The position numbers and the translations under genes were made by a program. Positions 57,678-64,000 of a stretch of DNA of 64,000 nucleotides are shown here, one piece after another. Positions within the stretch are counted from its first letter, which is position 1, and every line of letters begins with the position of its first letter. The notes under the pieces were generated by a model. That model was not told the origin of the DNA. It saw only the letters and a program-made list of their open reading frames with translations, and did no database searches. The stretch comes from Candidatus Dormiibacterota bacterium. Lineage in GTDB: Bacteria; Chloroflexota; Dormibacteria; Aeolococcales; Aeolococcaceae. The stretch is from the NCBI GenBank assembly GCA_963757475.1, contig CAVWRW010000001.1, positions 7,207-71,206 of the forward strand, in the 5' to 3' direction.

Positions 57678-58412
57678 GTGAAGGCCCTTGAAGCGACCGG
57701 GGTTGTCGCCCGTCGTGAGAATCGGATTCTGGCAGCACTCCCGCCCTCGGATCGGATGCAGTTAGTTGAATCTGCCAGCAGCGTTGCTTTCCCGGCGAAA
57801 ACGGTGCTCTTCGAACCGGGAGGACCGGTCGATGCCGTGTACTTCCCTGTCGACGGGACGATCTCGCTGGTCACACCATTCCAGGACGGCGCCATCGTTG
57901 AAGTCGCCACTGTCGGGATCGAAGGCATCGTCGGCGTGCCACTTATCCCATTCGGTGGCCTGGTGGTGCGTGCCATCGCGGGCGTCGCCGGCCGAAGTCT
58001 TCGATTGGATGCGTCCACATTTCTTGAATGGGCAGACCGCTGTCACCCGTTTCAGAGGCTCGTCGAGAGCTACACGCAGGCGCTGTTCGGCCAGATCGCG
58101 CTGTCCGCAGCGTGCAACCGGCTCCACTCGAATGATGCGCGGCTTGCCCGCTGGCTCCTGATGAGTGAGGATCGCCTCGGGTCCGTATTCACGATCACTC
58201 AGGACTTCCTCGGGCAACTGCTCGGCGTCCGGCGCTCCACCGTGTCGGTCTCCGCAGGACTTCTGCAGAGCGACGGGGCCATTCGTTACAGCCGCGGCCG
58301 CGTCACGATCGTCGACCGCGAACTGCTCGAGATGATGTCATGCGAGTGCTACGCCACGATCACCTCCGAGCTGGAGCGCGTCGTGCACCGCGCGCTGCTG
58401 CCGAGCGACTGA
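57678..58412 (+). CDS. Crp/Fnr-family transcriptional regulator (paralog 3)
   Basis: FPAKTVLFEPGGPVDAVYFPVDGTISLV... and the HTH QDFLGQLLGVRRSTVSVSAGLLQSDG. Confidence 0.8.
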   Translation: MKALEATGVVARRENRILAALPPSDRMQLVESASSVAFPAKTVLFEPGGPVDAVYFPVDGTISLVTPFQDGAIVEVATVGIEGIVGVPLIPFGGLVVRAIAGVAGRSLRLDASTFLEWADRCHPFQRLVESYTQALFGQIALSAACNRLHSNDARLARWLLMSEDRLGSVFTITQDFLGQLLGVRRSTVSVSAGLLQSDGAIRYSRGRVTIVDRELLEMMSCECYATITSELERVVHRALLPSD

Positions 58413-58647
58413 GACGTCGGTCGCTGCTTGGCGAGTTGACCAGTCGACGCAGCGCTGCTCGGGCGTCGCATCTGGCCGTGATTAGGGATCGCCAGACACG
58501 CGGTGAGATGCCGCCGAAGATCGCAAGAGGCGCTGGGATTACTGCGGGAGGGATTACTGCGGGTGCAACGCGCCAAGCAGATCCTGGAGCAGACTGGCGG
58601 CACCGATGCCATGGAGCACAACTGCGCGCCGGACTCCTAAGTTGTCC

Positions 58648-59019
58648 TCAGGTTCGGTCGTGGATGGTGAGGGCGTAACCATCGGGATCGACGAACGTGA
58701 ACATCCGCCCGAACGGTCCATCCATCGGCGCCGAGAGAATCGGAATGCCAGCAGCCACGAGCTGATCGTGCATTTCTTGCGCGGCGTCAGCGTGTAGCCA
58801 CAGCGACACCCCAACTCCGGGTCGGGGTGTCGCCCCTTCGAGGTCAGTCCCCGGCAAGGGCTCGCGGACCGCAAACGGTACTGGCTTGGTGTCGAAGACC
58901 ACTGCGCCGGGTGAACTCGCGGGCAGCCGCCGGAGCCCGAGCCGGCTTTCGTAGAAGGCGGCGGAACGGTCGAGGTCACGGACCTGCAGGGCGATGAAGT
59001 CCGGTCCAGTCACTGCCAT
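58648..59019 (-). CDS. VOC (glyoxalase/bleomycin-resistance/dioxygenase) family protein
   Basis: 123 aa with FIALQVRDLDRSAAFYESRLGL...FTFVDPDGYALTI. Confidence 0.8.
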   Translation of the reverse strand: MAVTGPDFIALQVRDLDRSAAFYESRLGLRRLPASSPGAVVFDTKPVPFAVREPLPGTDLEGATPRPGVGVSLWLHADAAQEMHDQLVAAGIPILSAPMDGPFGRMFTFVDPDGYALTIHDRT

Positions 59020-59035
59020 GTATGCTCTCCAAAGG

Positions 59036-59082
59036 TGATGTCAGGGTGTTGACATCAGAACTATATGTCAGGATACTGACAT
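59036..59082. promoter_or_regulatory. two inverted repeats sharing TGTCA/TGACA half-sites (candidate MarR operator)
   Basis: TGATGTCA-N6-TGACATCA (59036-59057) and ATGTCAG-GATA-CTGACAT (59065-59082). The second overlaps the marR-type start codon. Both lie in the divergent VOC/MarR intergenic region. Confidence 0.5.
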
Positions 59083-59518
59083 GATGCAAGTCGAAACCGT
59101 GGGACCTTTGGACAAGTCCGTGGGATACCTGCTGAAGCGGGCTGCCACCTCGCTACGTTCCGCGCTGGACGCCACGCTGCGATCCCTGGATCTGACCGTT
59201 CCGCAATACGCCTGCCTGGAGCTACTCGGACAGCAACCAGGGTTGTCGAACGCGGAGCTGGCGAGGGGCGTGTTCGTGACGCGTCAATCGATGAACGGAG
59301 TGCTCCGCGGCTTGCAGGACCGCGGCCTTGTCACCCGGCCGGCCACCGCGCCGAGCGGTCGAGCACTGCCTGGGCGACTGACACCTGCGGGGCGGCGCCG
59401 TCTCCGGGTTGCGAGCGCCAAGGTGCGGGCTGTGGAAAAACAGATGCTCGCCAAGTTCTCGCCAGCCGCGCAGGAGCGGTTATGCGGAGACCTCACCGCC
59501 TGCATCGCCGCCCTCTGA
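59081..59518 (+). CDS. MarR-family transcriptional regulator
   Basis: 145 aa with the winged-helix pattern LDLTVPQYACLELLGQQPGLSNAELARGVFVTRQSMNGVLRGLQDRGLV. Confidence 0.85.
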   Translation: MMQVETVGPLDKSVGYLLKRAATSLRSALDATLRSLDLTVPQYACLELLGQQPGLSNAELARGVFVTRQSMNGVLRGLQDRGLVTRPATAPSGRALPGRLTPAGRRRLRVASAKVRAVEKQMLAKFSPAAQERLCGDLTACIAAL

Positions 59519-59604
59519 CCCCACACCGAGGGTCGCAACTCACGTTCGGCCGCCGTGCGGCTGTCGGTCTAGAGCCGGCCGGCGCATCCTGTACCCCGAG
59601 CTAC

Positions 59605-60636
59605 TCAGGCAGCGGACGCCATTGGTGAGCGCGTGATCAATTGAAACATTCCGCCCAAATGAAGGCGACGGTGGATCGCGGCATAGGAACTCACACCCAA
59701 GATGAGTGACAATCCAGTCAACAGACTTCGCTGAATGATTGCTGCTGCACCGGCGGCACCGTAGTCAAAGCCGAGAAAGATGAGTAGGGCGGCAACGGTC
59801 GCCTCGTTTGCACCGACCCCGCCCGGGAGCAAACTCACAGCTCCGCCGAGTGTCGACAACGTCAGCACAAAGCCAGCCTGCCACCAGCCGATGCGCCCAG
59901 GTTCGAGGCCCGCAAGTACAAGCCAGAACGCGGTGATCGTGACGACCACACGCGCGGCATCGAGAATGGTCAACTCAAGTGCGTCGCGGCGATGGAGCAA
60001 CGCGGCGGTTTGCACCTGCAGCTCATCGAGGGCTGGCAGGAGCCGGTTGAGGAAGGGAATATGCGCGATGAGTGTGTGCGCTCGACAGAAGATCGGTGAC
60101 ACAGTGAGAACGATCAGAATGGCCGCGATGCCAACGACCACCGGTATGACGGCGGCTAGTCCGTAGCCGAGAGCAAGGATCGCGGGCAGCGCGAACAGGA
60201 TGAGCACCAACGTGTACGAGAGCTCTTGCACGGTAACCGTCGCGGCCGTCGTGCCAAAGTCAGTCCCCGTGGCAGTGCTTGCGAACGCTGCACGGGTGAG
60301 ATCCCCGAGCGGCACGAGGGCGGTGATGGTCTGACCGGCCATGTTGATGAGCAACGTGTCTCGCACACGGAGGCGCGCCCCCACATCGCGAAGGAGGAAA
60401 TGCCACCGCAGACCCTGCAGGAGGTAAACGACAATTGAGAGCGCAACGATCGGGAGTACCAGCGCCAGTCGGAAACTCTTGAGGGCACTTCCGACATGCG
60501 CGGGATTGAGGAACACCACCACACCAGCGATTGCGGCTAACCCGATGATCGTGGTCGCTGCGCCACGGACCACTGCCGACCGCGACGATCGATGCCCGCT
60601 GGACTTCAGCGGTGGCGTCACTCTCGGATCCTCCAA
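59605..60636 (-). CDS. flippase-like / lysylphosphatidylglycerol-synthase-TM-region (UPF0104) membrane protein
   Basis: 343 aa with about 8 TM. Its general pattern resembles the LPG_synthase_TM family. Confidence 0.6.
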   Translation of the reverse strand: MEDPRVTPPLKSSGHRSSRSAVVRGAATTIIGLAAIAGVVVFLNPAHVGSALKSFRLALVLPIVALSIVVYLLQGLRWHFLLRDVGARLRVRDTLLINMAGQTITALVPLGDLTRAAFASTATGTDFGTTAATVTVQELSYTLVLILFALPAILALGYGLAAVIPVVVGIAAILIVLTVSPIFCRAHTLIAHIPFLNRLLPALDELQVQTAALLHRRDALELTILDAARVVVTITAFWLVLAGLEPGRIGWWQAGFVLTLSTLGGAVSLLPGGVGANEATVAALLIFLGFDYGAAGAAAIIQRSLLTGLSLILGVSSYAAIHRRLHLGGMFQLITRSPMASAA

Positions 60637-60712
60637 GGAACATCGCCGTCGGACACGGACGAAACGCCGGCGTGGGGTGCTTCCTCTGTGTTGGGGATAC
60701 CGACACTAACAG

Positions 60713-61807
60713 TCATTTGGTAGGAGCCTTGGTTGCGTGTTCGATATCGCAGCACAGCATGCGAAGTGCTCCGGGAACGCAGCGCACGGTCACCGCAAAC
60801 TCCGGCGGGATGTCGACGGTCTCGCCATCCAGTTGCGCGGCGCCACCCTGCTTCCAAAAGAACGTCATCGTCGCGCGTTGCGATGGTCGATGCGGCCATA
60901 CCAGAGCGCGAAGCCCAAACCAGCTCATCCGTACCGCCGTCGGCCACCAGCGATGTGGTACCACGACGACTTCCATCAGCCCGTCTGCGCGTCGCGAGTT
61001 CGCACTCGCGCGAAAGACCTTCGCAATCGTGGGGATGATATGCCAGCTGAGACTGTCGGCGCGGGTGAGACGGTTGTCGATCACCACCGACACCGGCTGC
61101 GCTCGCAGCAACGTCTGGGGAATCAGGGCGACATTGCCGAGCATCCCCCGCCGGCGACCGTTGACCATCGAAGCGCCGGTGGCCAGAGCGCCGATCGCCG
61201 CATATGACAGTGCATAGTGCGGCTCGGCTTGTTCATGGTCCTTGGCGCTGTATGACACCTCGAGGACGTCGACCGGGACGGGCTCTACCGACAGCACGTC
61301 CTCAGGACGGATTCTCCGCGAGGACGGCCAGCTGCGGTACTGATCATTGGCATTGCCGCCGCCGCAGATAACGAGGACCACGCGGCTGTCGTGCGCGACC
61401 GTCGCAGAGAGAAGGCCGTTGCAAATCTCGTTGAGGGTTCCGTCCCCGCCGACGCCGATGATCGTCCCATCCGAGTGCTCCGACGCCCACGTTTCTGCCA
61501 CTGCGCGAGCGTGCCCAGCGTATTTCGTGGTCACGAGCTCCACCTGGCTTTTAAACGATACCTTCAGTTTCCGAAGCGCGGAATGCGCCATGGTATCGGC
61601 TCGCCGAGAGAGGGGATTCCCGTTGGCAACGATCAGCACCGGATCCCCGGTTCGCAATTGATGAACAGATGTCCCTGGGGCAGTCACCCTACTAGGGTGA
61701 GGATTCGGTACGCGGACGGCAAGTCCGGTCCGCCGGCAGATTACTTCCGGGCCACGAAATAGACCGCGCCGAACTGCGCTGAGCGGTCCCGGGTGAGCGC
61801 CGACCAA
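60713..61807 (-). CDS. diacylglycerol-kinase-catalytic-domain lipid kinase (YegS/BmrU-like)
   Basis: PVLIVANGNPLSRR...TKYAGHARAV...IIGVGGDGTLNEICNGL contains the GGDGT motif. The start is uncertain. Confidence 0.75.
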   Translation of the reverse strand: MVGAHPGPLSAVRRGLFRGPEVICRRTGLAVRVPNPHPSRVTAPGTSVHQLRTGDPVLIVANGNPLSRRADTMAHSALRKLKVSFKSQVELVTTKYAGHARAVAETWASEHSDGTIIGVGGDGTLNEICNGLLSATVAHDSRVVLVICGGGNANDQYRSWPSSRRIRPEDVLSVEPVPVDVLEVSYSAKDHEQAEPHYALSYAAIGALATGASMVNGRRRGMLGNVALIPQTLLRAQPVSVVIDNRLTRADSLSWHIIPTIAKVFRASANSRRADGLMEVVVVPHRWWPTAVRMSWFGLRALVWPHRPSQRATMTFFWKQGGAAQLDGETVDIPPEFAVTVRCVPGALRMLCCDIEHATKAPTK

Positions 61808-61829
61808 GCTCGGAATACATCAGCGTTTT

Positions 61830-62321
61830 CTAGGCGCTCGCCAGCTCGTCGACGGCGGTGCGTCCGGCCTGCGAGGCGCGGCTGAGAAAGTCGACGAGAG
61901 CTTCCAGTTGCGTGTCGTCGTATCGATTGCAGAGCTGACTGAGTGCTGAGTTCATACCCGAATACAGGCGCAGCAACTCCGGGGTGCGGTCGTGCAACGA
62001 TCGGACAAGGAGCCCGCGTCGGTCTGCTGGATCGCGGTCTCGCGTCACCCAGCCGTCGCGTTCGAGCCGATCGAGGATGCCGGTCAGGGTCGCAGGGTGG
62101 ACTCCGACCTGGAGTGCGAGCTCCTTGGGGCTGAGCGGTCCCCGCCGGTCGAGGAGGTTGAGGCAGTCGAGATCGATGTCGCGGAGCTCGAGATGAGATC
62201 CCACATGCCGGTTCAGCATTGCGAGCTGGATCGTCAATTCACGGAGCGCATCGCGGATCTCAGCCTTGAGCCGGCCCCGCCGGCGCGGCGTGTCGGTTTC
62301 GGGGTTAGATTTGGTTGGCAT
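61830..62321 (-). CDS. MarR-family transcriptional regulator
   Basis: 163 aa from the ATG at 62321, with LDCLNLLDRRGPLSPKELALQVGVHPATLTGILDRLERDGWV. Confidence 0.85.
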   Translation of the reverse strand: MPTKSNPETDTPRRRGRLKAEIRDALRELTIQLAMLNRHVGSHLELRDIDLDCLNLLDRRGPLSPKELALQVGVHPATLTGILDRLERDGWVTRDRDPADRRGLLVRSLHDRTPELLRLYSGMNSALSQLCNRYDDTQLEALVDFLSRASQAGRTAVDELASA

Positions 62322-62333
62322 ATGATATGGATT

Positions 62334-62365
62334 CCGTACGATCTGATATCCTGACAATCGTACGG
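62334..62365. promoter_or_regulatory. 9-bp perfect inverted repeat CCGTACGAT-N14-ATCGTACGG (candidate MarR operator)
   Basis: Located in the 73-bp divergent intergenic region between the MarR gene and the NAD(P)H-binding gene. Confidence 0.45.
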
Positions 62366-62394
62366 CAATACAGAGCACCACGGGGTAGCAATCG

Positions 62395-63060
62395 ATGCAG
62401 TTGACAATTTTCGCAGCGACCGGCGGTATCGGCCGCCAGGCAGTTGAGCAAGCCGTGGCCGGCGGCCATCAGGTGACGGCCGTCGCACGTAACCCGCAAA
62501 ACCTGGAGGGGGCGGTCAGAACCGTCATCGCCGACCTGGCGGCTCCTGATCCACAGGCGCTGCTCTCGGCCGTCGAAGGGGCGGATGCGGTCCTGTCGTG
62601 CCTCGGTCCACGCTCGAAGTCCGACGCCGGTATCGCGTCGAAGGGGACTGCGGCCATCATCGCGGCGATGCAAGGAGCGGGCGTGCGACGCGTCGTCGTC
62701 GTCAGCGCCGCACCGGTGTCGACAGTGGCGCTGCCGGGCCGGCCGGCGCCCGCGAAGCGTGATCCGGGTGACGGCTTTTTCATGCGGTACCTGTTGGGGC
62801 CAGCCATCAAAGCAGCGCTCAAGTCGGTGTACGTCGACCTCGCGCTCATGGAGGACGAGCTGCGGCAGAGCGGGCTCGACTGGACGGCGGTGCGACCGCC
62901 GCGGCTCAACAGCAAACCATTGACCACCACGAGCCGTACGGCGCTCGGCATGAATGTCCGAGGCGGGGTCGTGGTGTCGCGCGCGGATGTCGCACATCTC
63001 ATGCTCGCCGTCCTGAACCAGCCCGAGACGATCGGCCGGACTGTCGGCATCGCCAACTAG
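62395..63060 (+). CDS. NAD(P)H-binding (atypical SDR / NmrA-like) oxidoreductase
   Basis: MQLTIFAATGGIGRQAVEQAVAGGHQVTAVAR is a glycine-rich Rossmann N-terminus. Confidence 0.8.
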   Translation: MQLTIFAATGGIGRQAVEQAVAGGHQVTAVARNPQNLEGAVRTVIADLAAPDPQALLSAVEGADAVLSCLGPRSKSDAGIASKGTAAIIAAMQGAGVRRVVVVSAAPVSTVALPGRPAPAKRDPGDGFFMRYLLGPAIKAALKSVYVDLALMEDELRQSGLDWTAVRPPRLNSKPLTTTSRTALGMNVRGGVVVSRADVAHLMLAVLNQPETIGRTVGIAN

Positions 63061-63195
63061 GACCACCGCGCGGTCACGCGAGTTCACCGTACGGCCGCAG
63101 GCCGTCGGATGTCGCACCCCCTGCGCCGTCGAATGCTCGCTGTAGACCCGCGCGGGTCAGCACGTGGACTCGAGCAGACGCGCAACATGGACTGC

Positions 63196-64000
63196 ATGAA
63201 AGCGTTGATTCGCCGCGCCACGCCCGCGGACGCTGAGGCATGCCACAGCGTCATGTGGACGTCTATCGTGGATTTGGGCGTGCGGCACGGAACGCCGCAG
63301 AGCGGTTCGGTCGACGACTGGTGGGCTGCAGGAGAATCGCTCCAGCGATTTCTCGGTGACCATGCAGCCGAATGGTGGGTGGCGCAGCATCCGGAGAACG
63401 GTGCAGTCATCGGCTACGCCCGCTCGATCGAGCGCGGCGGCCTGCTCGAGCTCGCCGAGTTCTTCGTGACGCCGAGGAGATCAGTCAGCGGGGATCGGCG
63501 AAGCGCTGCTGCACAAAGCCTTCCCACTCGGACGAGGTGATGTCCGCTCGATCATCGCGACGACGGATGTTCGTGCGCTGAGCCGCTACTACCGTGCCGA
63601 TACCGCGGCGCGTTTTCCGATGTGGACGCTCGGCGGCGCGCCAGCCAGTTCGCAGGCATCCGGCGACCTCACCGCGGAGCCGATCGAGATCGGTTCGGAG
63701 GCGCACCAACAGGCCTTGCGTGCGATCGACGCATCGGTGCTCGAGTATCCGCGCGAGGTAGCGGAGATTCGCTGGCTCCTCGGGGGCCGTGAGGGCTTCC
63801 TGTACCAGCGCAACGGGACGCCCATCGGGTTCGCTTTCGTCGGGACAGGAGGCGTTGGCCCAGTCGCGGTCCTCGACCCCGATGACATGCCGGCGCTGCT
63901 GATCCATGTGGAGGCACGCGCCGTCGCGAACGACATCAAATGGCTCGACTTCCAGGTGCCCGCACCGAACGAGGTCGCAATCCGGCACCTCCTGAGCCGC
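63196..64000 (+). pseudogene. GNAT-family N-acetyltransferase (runs off the right edge) with a frame shift near 63484
   Basis: MKALIRRATPADAEAC...VIGYARSIERGGLLELAEFFVTP is in one frame. GDQSAGIGEALLHKAF...SRYYRADTAARFPMW... continues to the window end in the +1 frame, which is not in the ORF track because it has no start or stop. Confidence 0.7.

Noticed and set aside
55843-57738. 631-aa minus-strand ORF, the longest ORF in that region
   Set aside because: It is antisense to the Crp paralog 2 and GAF histidine-kinase genes, both of which carry clear family motifs. High-GC genomes generate long shadow ORFs, and this one has no recognisable motifs.

Overview
High-GC bacterial chromosomal segment (about two-thirds G+C by eye). 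The gene content resembles an Actinomycetota-like or related soil lineage, but that is inference only. I support about 60 protein-coding genes. They cover accessory metabolism (a PoxB-like TPP enzyme, a GMC oxidoreductase, SDR, enolase-superfamily and GH15 block, zwf, and methyltransferases), many regulators (4 TetR, 2 MarR, 3 Crp/Fnr, an ECF sigma, 2 histidine kinases, PAS-LuxR, PAS-GGDEF-EAL), membrane transport (ClC, TehA/SLAC1-like, TauE, ABC-2), secreted NHL-repeat proteins, two orphan Flp pilins and one RHH/PIN toxin-antitoxin pair. I found no rRNA, intact tRNA, CRISPR array, transposase or integrase. The main oddities follow. (1) Five same-strand copies of a ~150-nt dispersed repeat are present. 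Four of them end in a recognisable 3' half of tRNA-Pro (anticodon arm to acceptor 3' strand) with no 5' half, which fits either att-like scars or a tRNA-derived small element or RNA family. (2) At least a dozen single-nucleotide frame disruptions lie inside otherwise well-conserved genes, nearly all in the same direction. This points to indel-type sequence error or to pervasive pseudogenisation. (3) A small 2-TM protein is translationally coupled to an effector-less STAND (NB-ARC plus TPR) NTPase. (4) An ECF sigma operon encodes three paralogous Cys-bounded secreted domains. (5) Two full-length paralogous TetR regulators are each paired with an anion-channel gene. (6) A 39-bp coding tandem repeat, two small palindromic or motif repeat families, and gene remnants (NHL, GH15) are also present. 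All calls rest on hand translation and motif recognition. No database search was run.
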